A stretch of 64,000 nt of DNA, from NCBI GenBank assembly GCA_042408215.1, contig JAYFMW010000006.1:992001-1056000 (forward strand), written 5' to 3'. The notes under the pieces are model-generated. The model saw nothing but the letters and a program-made list of their open reading frames with translations, was not told where the DNA came from and did no database searches. The stretch is from Microcoleus sp. (GTDB lineage Bacteria > Cyanobacteriota > Cyanobacteriia > Cyanobacteriales > Microcoleaceae). The translations under genes were made by a program, and so were the position numbers. Shown here in pieces: positions 9,719 through 20,530 of this stretch. Every line of letters starts with the position of its first letter. Position 1 is the first letter of the stretch.

Positions 9719-11041
9719 ATGGCTCCCACATCAAGTTTGTTAATCCGCCACGCTCGCATTCTTCTGCCCAATGGCGAGTTTTTGGTAGGGGATGTGCTAA
9801 TCTGCGATCGCAAAATTGTCAAGGTTGCTGCTGAAATTGTCGAATCGGGCGATCGCGAAATAGACGCGATCGGTTTAACTTTGTTACCGGGAGTAATTGA
9901 CCCCCAGGTGCACTTCCGCGAACCGGGGTTGGAACACAAGGAAGATTTGTTTACGGCTAGCTGTGCTTGCGCTAAAGGCGGCGTGACATCATTTTTGGAA
10001 ATGCCGAATACGCGACCTTTGACCACAACTCAAGCTGCTTTAGATGATAAACTGCGCCGCGCGGCCGAGAAGTGTTTGGTTAATTATGGCTTTTTTATTG
10101 GAGCTACGGCTGAGATTTTACCGGATTTATTGACCGCCAATCCGACATCGGGAATTAAGGTGTTCATGGGTTCGATGCACGGGCAGTTATTGATGGATGA
10201 TGAAGCAGTTTTAGAGGCGATTTTTGCTAAGGGCGATCGACTGATTGCGGTACACGCAGAAGACCAAGCTAGAATTAATCAGCGTCGTCAAGAATTTGCC
10301 GGGATTTCCGATGTTGCAGTTCACTCACAAATTCAAGACAATCAAGCTGCTTTGTTAGCTACTCAGTTAGCCTTAAAACTTTCTCAAAAATATCAGCGCC
10401 GACTGCATATTCTGCACCTATCTACAGGAGAAGAAGCGGAGTTATTGCGGCAAGAAAAACCGAGTTGGGTAACGGCGGAAGTGACACCACAGCATTTGTT
10501 ATTAAATACCAGTGCTTATGCAACTATTGGCAGTTTAGCTCAAATGAATCCACCTTTGCGATCGCCCCGCGATAACGAAATACTTTGGCAAGCTTTACTC
10601 GACGGCGTAATTGATTTTATCGCCACGGATCACGCGCCGCACACCTTAGCCGAAAAAGCTCAAGATTATCCAAATACACCGTCAGGAATGCCCGGTGTTG
10701 AAACTTCTTTGCCTTTGATGCTGACCCAAGCAGTCCAGGGAAGGTGTACAGTTGCTCAAGTTGCTAATTGGATGTCGGCGGCGGTTGCTAAGGCTTACAA
10801 GATTCCGAATAAGGGTAAAATTGCGCCCGGTTTTGATGCAGATTTGGTATTAGTAGATTTGGACAACTACCGCCCGGTGGTGCGATCGGAAATGGCGAGT
10901 AAGTGCGGCTGGAGCCCGTTTGAAGGTTGGAATTTGACTGGGTGGCCTGTGGTGACTGTTGTGGGAGGAAAAGTGGTTTTTGATCGTGGAAAATTGGATA
11001 CAAATGTGAGGGGAGAAGCCTTGACATTTGACGCTGAGTAA
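9719..11041 (+). CDS. pyrC: Dihydroorotase (cyclic amidohydrolase family)
   Basis: DPQVHFREPG, EMPNT, HAED, ATDHAPH. Confidence 0.85.
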   Translation: MAPTSSLLIRHARILLPNGEFLVGDVLICDRKIVKVAAEIVESGDREIDAIGLTLLPGVIDPQVHFREPGLEHKEDLFTASCACAKGGVTSFLEMPNTRPLTTTQAALDDKLRRAAEKCLVNYGFFIGATAEILPDLLTANPTSGIKVFMGSMHGQLLMDDEAVLEAIFAKGDRLIAVHAEDQARINQRRQEFAGISDVAVHSQIQDNQAALLATQLALKLSQKYQRRLHILHLSTGEEAELLRQEKPSWVTAEVTPQHLLLNTSAYATIGSLAQMNPPLRSPRDNEILWQALLDGVIDFIATDHAPHTLAEKAQDYPNTPSGMPGVETSLPLMLTQAVQGRCTVAQVANWMSAAVAKAYKIPNKGKIAPGFDADLVLVDLDNYRPVVRSEMASKCGWSPFEGWNLTGWPVVTVVGGKVVFDRGKLDTNVRGEALTFDAE

Positions 11042-11101
11042 GCATGAATTAAGGTCAAGTGTTAGAATTGGGTATTCCCGATCGCAAAGGCGATATTACC
11101 C

Positions 11102-11401
11102 ATGCTTCTCCAAGAACTAGAAACACAACTCCAGGGCTTAACTCCGACTGAGAAAGCTGAAGCCATCCGGCTTTTAACCCAAAGTTAAAACAATAGCTGG
11201 CCAGGAATTACCAAAACTCCCGACTTGTCTCGCATCCCAGTTTGGCTGCTTGAAAGTTTTCGCCGTGAAGGTTCAAGCGATGCTGAAATTCTGCAATTTT
11301 ATCCTAATTTGAATGCTGAAAACTTAGTCAATGTCTGGACTTATGCTGATGCACATCTAGAGGAAATCGAACAAGCAATCTGCAACAATGAGGAAGACTG
11401 A
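11102..11401 (+). pseudogene. DUF433-family protein pseudogene
   Basis: Manual translation MLLQELETQLQ...TQS*NNSWPGITKTP..RIPVWLL...EILQFYPNL...; in-frame stop and apparent internal deletion. Confidence 0.65.
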
Positions 11402-11554
11402 CTTCAGAATTATTCTCCTCTCTCTTCTCTAACTCTGTGTTCTCTGCGTACTCTGCGGTTAAATCATTCCGATGCAACCGGAATTGGTATAATAGACATC
11501 TCCATAACAGCAAGCTTTGAACAGGCCTGTTCCACTATTGGAGATGTCTAATAA

Positions 11555-11998
11555 TTAATCCCATAATTGGCAATCACCAATCAATTCAATTTGCCGCCCA
11601 TTATCGCAATAACTTAAACAAATTTGCAAATAATTATCTGGTTTGTAGGGCAATCTTTCCGCCCATTCGATCGCCACAATTCCCAAATCCATTTCTAATC
11701 CGTCCCAATAACTTTCCAAGTGCAAAGCCTCGGCTTCCTCTGGTTCTAACCGATATAAATCCAAATGATAAAGCGGAATTCGCCCGACTAAATACTCGTT
11801 AATCAGGGTAAAAGTAGGGCTATCAATAGAGTCTTGAATTCCCAAACCTTCAGCGATACCTTGAACTAGAGTAGTTTTGCCAGCACCTAAATCTCCTTGT
11901 AATAAGATTACACTGCCGGCGGGGAGCGATCGCCCTAATGCTACACCCAACTTGCGGGTAGCTTCAGCATCTGGAAGAGAAAGTATCATTTTAGTCAT
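11555..11998 (-). CDS. tsaE: tRNA t6A biosynthesis ATPase TsaE
   Basis: GDLGAGKT, SPTF, HLDLYRL, IEW. Confidence 0.97.
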   Translation of the reverse strand: MTKMILSLPDAEATRKLGVALGRSLPAGSVILLQGDLGAGKTTLVQGIAEGLGIQDSIDSPTFTLINEYLVGRIPLYHLDLYRLEPEEAEALHLESYWDGLEMDLGIVAIEWAERLPYKPDNYLQICLSYCDNGRQIELIGDCQLWD

Positions 11999-12212
11999 TA
12001 GTTATTAGTCATTAGTCATTAGTCATTAGTTATTAGTCATTAGTCATTAGTCATTAGTCATTCGTTATTTGTCCTATGTTATTTGTCCTATGTTATTTGT
12101 CCTATGTTATTTGTTACTCGCTTGGCTCTGCGAATAACCAATAGCCAATAACATGAGTCAACAGTCAACAGTCAACAGTCAACAGTCAACAGTCAACAGT
12201 CAACAGTCAACA
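11991..12212. repeat. Composite STRR-type tandem arrays
   Basis: (TTAGTCA/TTAGTTA)n, then (GTTATTTGTCCTAT)x3, then about 8 copies of GTCAACA. Confidence 0.9.
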
Positions 12213-12214
12213 AA

Positions 12215-13615
12215 TTAAATGTTCTGGGCGCGACTGTACCACCGCAGCAACATCCCAGCTAGTCTCTGAGAATTGTGGCGAATTAAGCCTGTTGTTTTGT
12301 CCTCATCCATCACGTTTGCAATCACAATTCGCCTCCCCAATTCCGTTACGGCTGCTCGATCGAGCACCACAGGATAGGAATTCTCCTGAGAATAACGGAT
12401 CAAAGCTTTTGCAGAAGGGACTTTTCCTTGAACTACTACAGCATCAAATAGTGGCCGGCCGCAAGCACGGTCGATCGCCCGAATATGATCCGCTACCGTA
12501 TATCCATCAGTTTCCCCCGGCTGAGTCATAATATTGCAGACATAAATGCGCGGAACTTGACTATGGGCGATCGCATCGGCAATTTCCGGCACCAACAAAT
12601 TCGGAATTACACTCGTATACAGACTCCCCGGCCCAATAATCATAAAATCCGCTTCCCTCAGCGCTTCCACAACCCTCGGCAAAGCCGGAGGATTAGCAGG
12701 AGTACAGCCTATTTTGAGGATTTTCCCGTTAGCTTTCGTAATGCTGGACTCCCCCTCAATCCTCCGGCCGTCGGCCAGTTCTGCCCACAAAGAAACATCG
12801 CTCAGAGTAGCCGGCAGCACTTGCCCCCTCACGGCTAAAACCTTAGAACTAGCGGCGATCGCCTGTTCCAAATCTCCAGCAATATCGCTCATCGCCGTCA
12901 AAAACAAATTCCCAAAACTGTGACCAATCAAACCGTCACCGGCCCGAAAGCGATACTGAAATAACTCAGTCAATAACTTTTCCTCATCGGCCAAAGCAGC
13001 CAAACAATTGCGAATGTCACCCGGTGGTAACACCCCAATTTCCCGCCGCAGCCGCCCGGAAGACCCGCCGTCATCGGCCACCGTGACAATAGCAGTGATT
13101 TTGGCACTATAGTCCTTCAATCCCCTGAGCAAATTGGAAAGGCCCGTACCGCCCCCAATTGACACAATTTTCGGCCCACGGTGCAGGCGGCGGTGGTTGA
13201 GGAGTCGATCGACCAATTCCTCGTTTCCTTCGGGCATTAGCACTTGAGTAATGGAGTTCAAACTGCGGGTTTGTCCCCAGAGAATTAACAAAACACCGGT
13301 GGCGATGACTACGGGGCCCGATATGTAATTGGGAACAACTTCCGCAATCCACGTCAAAAAATTTCTCAACAATTGCAACAAAAAGAAAATGGGAGTCATC
13401 CCAGTCCAAATCGCTAAACCCAAACTAGCAAGTACCACTCCACTTGCACTGATCAGCAGCCACCGTTTCACCAACAGTCCGGGGGACAACCACTTGAACC
13501 ACTGGTGAACACGCCCGTTCCGCAAAGAGGGAGGGTAAGGATTTCTGGACTTGGCAACAACCTGTCTGGCTTTAGCCAAGATGCGGAGGGCTTTAGGAAA
13601 TAAACTAATTGACAT
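12215..13615 (-). CDS. yvcK: YvcK/GlmR (CofD-like) family protein
   Basis: [33 protein letters not shown]-terminal TM segments. Confidence 0.92.
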   Translation of the reverse strand: MSISLFPKALRILAKARQVVAKSRNPYPPSLRNGRVHQWFKWLSPGLLVKRWLLISASGVVLASLGLAIWTGMTPIFFLLQLLRNFLTWIAEVVPNYISGPVVIATGVLLILWGQTRSLNSITQVLMPEGNEELVDRLLNHRRLHRGPKIVSIGGGTGLSNLLRGLKDYSAKITAIVTVADDGGSSGRLRREIGVLPPGDIRNCLAALADEEKLLTELFQYRFRAGDGLIGHSFGNLFLTAMSDIAGDLEQAIAASSKVLAVRGQVLPATLSDVSLWAELADGRRIEGESSITKANGKILKIGCTPANPPALPRVVEALREADFMIIGPGSLYTSVIPNLLVPEIADAIAHSQVPRIYVCNIMTQPGETDGYTVADHIRAIDRACGRPLFDAVVVQGKVPSAKALIRYSQENSYPVVLDRAAVTELGRRIVIANVMDEDKTTGLIRHNSQRLAGMLLRWYSRAQNI

Positions 13616-13697
13616 GATTAATTAGTCTTAAGGGTATCGGAACAGATCCAACTGACAAATTTAGAATACAAGAGAGTTTTGATTCTGACAGTCAATT

Positions 13698-13770
13698 TAA
13701 GTTATTAGTCATTAGTCATTAGTCAAGAGTCATTAGTCATTAGCTAGACTGATGACTGGGGACTGATAAC
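13698..13770. repeat. Heptamer array with a short inverted block
   Basis: TTAGTCA repeats followed by degenerate TGACTGA-type units. Confidence 0.7.
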
Positions 13771-13786
13771 ATCTTAATCACATATT

Positions 13787-14569
13787 ATGGCTGAGCCGCT
13801 AATCGAACTCAAGGGCATAAGTAAGTCCTTTGGTCAGAGTCCGATCCTCGATCGAGTAGATTTGAGGATTGATCGGGGAGAGGCCTTGGCAATTATTGGC
13901 CCTTCCGGGACGGGGAAATCTACGATTTTGCGGATCATTGCGGGTTTGCTGGCCCCGGATGCCGGTGAGGTTTTTGTTCAGGGACAACGCAGGGTTGGAT
14001 GGGTGGACGACGTGGTAGATCCGATCGGGATTGGGATGGTGTTTCAGCAAGCGGCTTTGTTTGATTCGCTGACGGTGGAGGAGAATGTTGGTTTTTTACT
14101 GTACCAGCATTCTAAGCTGCCGCGCCGTCGGATTCGAGAATTGGTGGAGGAAAAGTTGGAGATGGTGGGTTTGCCGAAAATTGGCGATCGCTATCCCGCC
14201 CAGTTGTCTGGGGGAATGCGGAAGCGCGTCAGTTTTGCCCGGGCAATTATGGCGAATCCAGATCATGCTAGGGACAATCCAGAGGTTTTGCTGTACGACG
14301 AACCGACGGCTGGTTTAGATCCGATCGCCTCAACAGTAATTGAAGATTTAATTCGTGATTTGCAAGCCGCGAAAAGTGTTTGCAGCACTTATGCGATCGT
14401 CACTCACCAAGATAGCACCATCCGCCGCACAGCCGATCGCATCGTATTTCTCTATCAAGGAAAAGTGCAGTGGGAGGGAACTGTCAGCGATATTGCATCG
14501 ACAGATAATTTATTAATTCAACAATTTTTTAGCGGCAGCGTTAATGGGCCGATTCAAGTGATTGGATAG
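13787..14569 (+). CDS. mlaF: ABC ATP-binding protein, MlaF/TGD3-like
   Basis: GPSGTGKS, LSGGMRKRV, YDEPTAGLDP; upstream of an MCE-domain gene. Confidence 0.85.
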   Translation: MAEPLIELKGISKSFGQSPILDRVDLRIDRGEALAIIGPSGTGKSTILRIIAGLLAPDAGEVFVQGQRRVGWVDDVVDPIGIGMVFQQAALFDSLTVEENVGFLLYQHSKLPRRRIRELVEEKLEMVGLPKIGDRYPAQLSGGMRKRVSFARAIMANPDHARDNPEVLLYDEPTAGLDPIASTVIEDLIRDLQAAKSVCSTYAIVTHQDSTIRRTADRIVFLYQGKVQWEGTVSDIASTDNLLIQQFFSGSVNGPIQVIG

Positions 14570-14945
14570 TTATTAGTCAGCAGTTATTAGTCAGCAGTCA
14601 TTAGTCATTAGTTATTAGTCAGCAGTCATTAGTCAGCAGTCATTAGTCATTAGTTATTAGTCAGCAGTCATTAGTCATTAGTCATTAGTCAGCAGTCATT
14701 AGTCAGCAGTCATTAGTCAGCAGTCATTAGTCAGCAGTCATTAGTCATTAGTTATTAGTTATTAGTCAGCAGTCATTAGTCAGCAGTCATTAGTCAGCAG
14801 TCATTAGTCATTAGTTATTAGTCATTAGTTATTAGTCAGCAGTCAGCAGTCATTAGTCATTAGTTATTAGTCATTAGTTATTAGTCAGCAGTCATTAGTC
14901 AGCAGTCATTAGTCATTAGTCAGCAGTCATTAGTCATTAGTCATT
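14567..14945 (+). repeat. Long heptamer array (TTAGTCA/GCAGTCA/TTAGTTA), about 54 units
   Basis: Directly visible; begins at the mlaF stop codon. Confidence 0.95.
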
Positions 14946-14960
14946 AAGCTTGAGGGTAAT

Positions 14961-15341
14961 ATGGCAACAAAAAGTTTTCAGGAATTGCGAGTTTATAAAT
15001 TATCAGAACGACTAGCTGATGAAATTTGGACAACTGTTAACACCTGGGAGCCGTTGGCCAAAAATACGATAGGCCAACAAATTGTTCGTTCAGCCGATAG
15101 CGTCGGTGCTAACATAGCAGAAGGAGTCGGACGAGGCAGCTATCAAGACAATAGACGTTTTGTCAAGATAGCTAGAGGTTCTTTATATGAAACTCAACAC
15201 TGGTTGAGACGAGCTTACACTCGAAACCTTTTAACTGTTCAACAAGTAAATACATTCACAGCAATCATTAATGACTTAGCCCCTCAATTAAACTCATACC
15301 TACAATCTATCGGGTCATCCCCTAAAAATTATGACCAATAA
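14961..15341 (+). CDS. Four-helix-bundle protein (23S rRNA IVS protein / Avd-like)
   Basis: F.EL.VY, QIVRSADSVGANIAEG.GR and IARGSLYET family motifs. Confidence 0.9.
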   Translation: MATKSFQELRVYKLSERLADEIWTTVNTWEPLAKNTIGQQIVRSADSVGANIAEGVGRGSYQDNRRFVKIARGSLYETQHWLRRAYTRNLLTVQQVNTFTAIINDLAPQLNSYLQSIGSSPKNYDQ

Positions 15342-15436
15342 CTAAGAATTAATAACTCATGACTAATGACCAATAACTAATGACTAATGACCAATAACTA
15401 ATGACTAATGACTAATGACTAATGACTAATGACTAA
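15331..15436 (-). repeat. Heptamer array (TGACTAA/TAACTAA/TGACCAA), inverted relative to 14567-14945
   Basis: Directly visible; runs into the AAGGAGG RBS of mlaD. Confidence 0.9.
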
Positions 15437-15445
15437 GGAGGCAAT

Positions 15446-16936
15446 ATGCGATCGCGAACTGTAAGAGAAGGTTCTGTCGGTTTTTTAATTTTAGTAGGAA
15501 TCGGCTTATTTGGAGGCTTAGTCCTCTGGCTGAATGGCGTGCAGCTAGGCAACCGCAACTACAAATTTGCCGTAGAATTTGCCAGCGCCCAAGGGATGCA
15601 AATCGGCACAACCGTCAGGTATCGCGGGGTTGCAGTCGGTAAAATTACTGCCATCAAACCGGGCTCCAACGGGGTAGACGTGACCCTGGAAATTTCCCCT
15701 GGTAGCTTAGTAATTCCCCGCGATGTGGCGATCGAAGCGAATAAATCCGGTTTAATTGGAGAAGCATCGATCGACATTACGCCCAATTCAATTCTACCAG
15801 AATCTTTACTTACCGCCAATCCTTTTAGTGCCGACTGTCCCCCTGAGATTATCTGCAAAAATTCCCGATTGAAAGGCCAAGCTGGAGTAAGTCTCGACGA
15901 ACTAATTCGCTCCACAGTCCGCCTAGCTAACTTGTACACAGACCCCGCCCTATTCAACAATATTAAATCGCTTTCTGCCAACACAGCAAATACGGCTAAA
16001 TCGGCGGCTAAACTCACTCAAGAATTATCTATTTTAACCAAAACTACGACAGGAGAAATCACCAGTTTGAGTCAATCAGTAAAAGGAGAATTTAGCAGCT
16101 TAAATCAATCTGTAAAAGGCGAGTTAGGAAGTTTAAATCAATCCTTAAAAGGAGAAGCCGGTATTTTAACTCAATCCCTGAGAGGGGAAATAGTCAGTTT
16201 AAATAAATCAGCTAAAGGAGAATTGTCAGCAGTTTCAACCGATATTAGAAAAGTTACAGCAACGGCCGACAATTCCACAAAAGAAGTAACTGCCGCTGCG
16301 ATCGCTTCCGCCAACTCAGTAACTCAAGCAGCCAATCAAATTACTTTAACAGCCAACCAACTCAATTCCTTAGTAGCAACCAACAGATCCAGTTTAGTCT
16401 CAACTCTGAATAATATCAATCAAGCCAGTCAAGAACTGCGTGTAACTGTCAGCAGTTTAAGTCCGACAATTAATCGAATTAACCAAGGACAAATACTGAA
16501 TAATTTAGAAGTTTTATCAGCCAATGCGGCCGAAGCTTCTGCTAATTTGCGAGATTTATCCACCAAGGTCAACCATCCCGCCAACTTGCTATTATTGCAG
16601 CAAACTTTAGATGCCGCACGGGCTACATTGCAGAACGTGCAGAAAATCACTTCCGACGTAGATGATTTGACAGGAGATCCGGCTTTCCGCAACAACATTC
16701 GCAGGTTATTCAACGGATTAGGAGGCTTGTTGGGTTCCACCGAACAATTGCGACAACAAGTTGCAGTATCTCAAACATTAGCTCCCCTTTCAGAGCAAGT
16801 AAATATCAACACAAATGGGGTAAATCAATCAATCGAGCCGGGATTTCCCAACTTGCACAAAAAACAAAAATTGCCAATTTTTCCCTCTCAAACCGCCACC
16901 AACGCAGAGCCTGTAGGCAGTGAAAATAATCCCTAA
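15446..16936 (+). CDS. mlaD: MlaD/MCE-family (TGD2-like) protein
   Basis: N-terminal TM helix, MCE motif GTTVRYRGVAVG, GLIGE..IDI, long helical tail. Confidence 0.88.
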   Translation: MRSRTVREGSVGFLILVGIGLFGGLVLWLNGVQLGNRNYKFAVEFASAQGMQIGTTVRYRGVAVGKITAIKPGSNGVDVTLEISPGSLVIPRDVAIEANKSGLIGEASIDITPNSILPESLLTANPFSADCPPEIICKNSRLKGQAGVSLDELIRSTVRLANLYTDPALFNNIKSLSANTANTAKSAAKLTQELSILTKTTTGEITSLSQSVKGEFSSLNQSVKGELGSLNQSLKGEAGILTQSLRGEIVSLNKSAKGELSAVSTDIRKVTATADNSTKEVTAAAIASANSVTQAANQITLTANQLNSLVATNRSSLVSTLNNINQASQELRVTVSSLSPTINRINQGQILNNLEVLSANAAEASANLRDLSTKVNHPANLLLLQQTLDAARATLQNVQKITSDVDDLTGDPAFRNNIRRLFNGLGGLLGSTEQLRQQVAVSQTLAPLSEQVNINTNGVNQSIEPGFPNLHKKQKLPIFPSQTATNAEPVGSENNP

Positions 16937-17051
16937 AATATGGGATAATTGAAAATAGCAATACTTGCAAAATTTTCTGTTGCCTAACTCGGCGCGATCG
17001 GCAGAAAGGTGAATTAAATAAACAGCCTTTTAACTAAAAAAAACCAAACCT

Positions 17052-17843
17052 ATGACGCAAACATTATCAAAGCAGATCGAAATCAAAACCCAATATACTG
17101 TAACTTGGGAAAAGTTACCAGATGACTTTAAATTACCGGACGATCCCGTGGAAAACATCGACCAACCACTTTTAGCCGCAGCCCTGCGAGAAGCATTGGA
17201 TCTCGCAGGATTTATCTTAGCAGAAATGCTGATAGCTTCTAACTTTGGACTCTGTGCTAAAGTCAATGAAAAAACAGTAGTAAAAGCACCAGATTGGGTA
17301 TACGTTCCCTCAGTATTTCCCGCAGCAGCAGGAGAAATCCGCCGCAGTTATACTCCCAATGCGGAGGGGGAAGTTCCCGCAGTAGTGATGGAATTTTTAT
17401 CAGACGATCGTGAGGCTGAATATTCGATAAAACCGACATATCCTTATGGGAAGTGGTGGTTTTATGAGCGGATTTTGCAAGTTCCGGTTTATGCAATCTT
17501 TGAACCAAAATCGGGAAGATTGGAAGTATACAAACTGATTTCTGGAAAATACGAGCTGCAAGCAGCGGATGGTGGCCGTTATTCGCTTGAATCAATGGGT
17601 TTATTTTTGGGGGTTTGGGAAGGCGAAAAATCCCAGAGAAGGGGTTATTGGCTACGCTGGTGGGATGAGAATGGCAATTTGTTGCTGTGGGGTGCGGAAC
17701 GGGTGGAACAGGAACGTTTGCGAGCCGAACAGGAATGTTTGCGGGCGGAAGAGGAACGTTTGCGGGCGGAAGAGGAACGTTTGCGGGGCGATCGACTTGC
17801 AGCATACTTGAGAAGTCAGGGTATCAATCCCGATGGAATTTGA
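17052..17843 (+). CDS. Uma2/DUF820 family endonuclease-like protein
   Basis: KAPDWVYVP, VMEFLS, GKWWFYE; C-terminal 21-bp heptad repeats. Confidence 0.9.
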   Translation: MTQTLSKQIEIKTQYTVTWEKLPDDFKLPDDPVENIDQPLLAAALREALDLAGFILAEMLIASNFGLCAKVNEKTVVKAPDWVYVPSVFPAAAGEIRRSYTPNAEGEVPAVVMEFLSDDREAEYSIKPTYPYGKWWFYERILQVPVYAIFEPKSGRLEVYKLISGKYELQAADGGRYSLESMGLFLGVWEGEKSQRRGYWLRWWDENGNLLLWGAERVEQERLRAEQECLRAEEERLRAEEERLRGDRLAAYLRSQGINPDGI

Positions 17844-17853
17844 GGGTGTCGGG

Positions 17854-17966
17854 TATTGGTGACAACTTAAGACTGAAAGCCTTGAGAAATCTCGTTTTTA
17901 GCTGAGTCTAGATCCCCCTAAATCCCCCTTAAGAAGGGGGACTTTGAGCGTTTCCGGTTCCCCCCA
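17854..17966. mobile_element. Partial (left half) CATTGG-TIR MITE
   Basis: Near-identical to 18749-18840. Confidence 0.7.
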
Positions 17967-18098
17967 TCAATGCCTAAGACCAATAATCTCATAAACCCGC
18001 CCCCGCGCAACGATAAATCGATCGAACAAAAGTTAATAAAATTGAGAAAGCAGTTGCGCTGTCAAAAGATTAAACTAAAAGATTGATCGGGAGAAAAC

Positions 18099-18681
18099 AT
18101 GACACAAACAGTAGTCAAAAAGTCAATTACTGATAGTTTCCTGACTCTGAAAGGAGTGAGTTGGTCGCAATTTGAATCACTCGAAGCCGCTTTTGAGTCT
18201 GTCGGCGGTATCAAATTCGCTTACTTAGATGGGATTTTAGAAATTATGACAGTTCAGCCCCGAACATGAAGAGACAAAGGGTACTATCAGGGCTTTATTA
18301 GAAGCATACCTGAGAGAGAAGAGCATCCGATTTTATGTTAAGGGCGGGCCGACTTTTGGGAGTAAAGAATTAAGGGCAAGAAAAGAGTCTGATGAGTCGT
18401 ATAATTTGCAGACTAAAAAGGCAATTCCCGATTTGGCGATCGCAGTTATATTCACCAGCGGCGGCATTGATAAACTGCAACTATACAAGCGGTTGGGTAT
18501 ACCAGAAGTTTGGTTTTGGGAAGATGGAGTGCTGAGTATTTATTACTTGAGGGAGGATTACGAAAAAGTCGATCGCAGCGAGTTGTTGCCGGAGTTAGAC
18601 ATTGCTTTGTTAGTGAGATATGTAACTTACTTTGACCAATATGATGCTGTCACTGAATTCATCAAAGCCTTGCGGGAATAG
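18099..18681 (+). pseudogene. Uma2 family gene, frameshifted
   Basis: MTQTVV...YLDGILEIM, frameshift near 18255, then EHEETK...PDLAI.V...GGIDKL.LY..LGIPEVWFW. Confidence 0.8.
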
Positions 18682-18704
18682 TTCAAGTAACCTAAAATTA
18701 AATA

Positions 18705-19055
18705 TACAGCGTATTCCAGGTTTATGAAGTGTAGGTGACCAGGCATTCCATTGGTGTCAACTTAAGCCTGAAAGCCTTGAGAAATCTCGTTTTTAGCTGA
18801 GTCTAGATCCCCCTAAATCCCCCTTAAGAAGGGGGACTTAAAGAGGCTTCCTGTCCCACACCCCCTACTCCCCTACTCCCCTTCTTAAGGGGAGTAGGGG
18901 TTGAGTAGGGGGCAAGAATGCGGGGGGATCTAGGCTTAATGGTCAAACAGCAGTCTCTGACTGGGTTTAACGTTAAGTTGACACCAATGGGCTCCTGGAG
19001 TGTCCCTAGGGGGATCGATCGCGCGGTATACTTCGTCAACCTGGAATCTGCTGTA
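18705..19055. mobile_element. Outer TIR mini-element with nested CATTGG MITE (18749-18989)
   Basis: Outer ends TACAGCGTATTCCAGG...CCTGGAATCTGCTGTA; inner 18-bp TIRs. Confidence 0.75.
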
Positions 19056-19078
19056 ACTAGAATAAAGGAGCGATCGAC

Positions 19079-19705
19079 ATGATTCAAGCCTTAACAAAAT
19101 TAGTAACATTTGACGAATTCATTGCGTGGTATCCTGAAAATTCAGAACACCACTACGAATTGCACAATGGAGTAATTGTTGAAAGGCCCAAAGGAACTGG
19201 CAAACATTCAGATTTAGGAGGTTTTTTGGTTGGTAAATTTCATTTTGAGATTCGACGACTGCACTTACCTTGGTCGGTTCCCAGAGAATACGTCCTTAAA
19301 CCCGATCGCGACGAATCAGGATATGAGCCAGATGTTATCGTTCTCGATCGACAGCAAGTGATAAATGAACCGCGTTGGGCAGCAGAATCGATGATCGCAA
19401 TGGGTTCGTCGGTGCGTTTAGCAGTAGAAGTAGTCAGCACTAACTGGCAGACTGACTATCTTACCAAACTGCGAGATTATGAAGAAATGGGCATTCTTGA
19501 ATACTGGATTGTCGATTATTTGGGATTGGGTGGAAGACGCTACATCGGTAATCCCAAACAACCTACGCTTTCGGTGTATCAATTAGTTGACGGGGAGTAC
19601 GATTTGAGTCAGTTCCGGGGAGACGATCGAATTGAATCGGCTGCTTTTCCAGAGTTAAATTTGACTGCTAAACAGGTGTTTGACGCAGGAATTGTGAATG
19701 AATAA
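19079..19705 (+). CDS. Uma2 family protein
   Basis: YELHNG, EPDVIV, VEVVST, EYWIVDY. Confidence 0.9.
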   Translation: MIQALTKLVTFDEFIAWYPENSEHHYELHNGVIVERPKGTGKHSDLGGFLVGKFHFEIRRLHLPWSVPREYVLKPDRDESGYEPDVIVLDRQQVINEPRWAAESMIAMGSSVRLAVEVVSTNWQTDYLTKLRDYEEMGILEYWIVDYLGLGGRRYIGNPKQPTLSVYQLVDGEYDLSQFRGDDRIESAAFPELNLTAKQVFDAGIVNE

Positions 19706-19739
19706 GGAGTGAATTCGCCAGGAATACAATATTAGACAA

Positions 19740-20304
19740 AAAATTAGATCTGCCATTGCTATTTCCAGGATTTACCTGGGAACAATTCAAGACTTTATAA
19801 CCGATGCTGGATATTCCATGTGTTCGATTGTCGTTTTTAGATGAGGTGTTCGAGATTCAAAGAATGCCTGGAAGAAAACACGAAATAGTTAAGGCGCGAA
19901 TTGGTGGTTTGCTGGAAGTCTATTTGCTGAAAGCAGATATAGATTACACTCCAACAGGTTCGATGACATTAGAAAGCGAAGAATGTTTAGTCAGACGGGA
20001 AGCAGATAAATCTTACGAATTGGGTGCTGATAGAAAACGTCCACATTTAGCGATCGAAGTTGTCGTCTGTAGTGGCGGTATTGATAAACTGGAGGCCTAC
20101 AAACGCCTCAAAATCCGTGAAGTTTGGTTTTGGGAAAAAAGCCAATTGTCTCTGTACGCTCTCAGAGAGGAAGGATACGAACAAATTGGCAGTTCCGAAT
20201 TGCTACCAGAACTCGATATTGCTTTGTTTGTTAGGTGCATGAGTATCGCCAATCATGTTGAGGCTATCAAAGAATTTAACAGTGCGTGCGATCGGGCTTT
20301 GTAG
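19740..20304 (+). pseudogene. Uma2 family gene with disrupted 5' end
   Basis: In-frame upstream FPGFTWEQFKTL* (TAA 19798-19800) precedes ORF 19804-20304. Confidence 0.7.
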
Positions 20305-20379
20305 TCAAATATGGATAATACGATATCCCCGACTTCTTGAAGAAGTCGGGGATATAACAGGGGTGCATTTTACGTTGAC

Positions 20380-20486
20380 AGGATTTGCACTCCGACTCCT
20401 CGAAACCGGGTTTTTTACCGAATCTGTGGCTGCAACCCGTCTTTTGGTAAAAAACCCGGTTTATGAACCCTTATGCGTAAGTCCTA
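20380..20486. repeat. AAACCGGGTTT..AAACCCGGTTT palindromic repeat, copy 1
   Basis: Related copy at about 53223-53322; both end in GTAAGTC. Confidence 0.6.
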
Positions 20487-20530
20487 GTTTAATTAAATTA
20501 ACCTACTTAGTTGCAGCAAAAAAGGTTTAT

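Noticed and set aside
14961..15341. Diversity-generating retroelement (Avd-like gene)
   Set aside because: No reverse transcriptase and no TR/VR pair differing at adenines was seen
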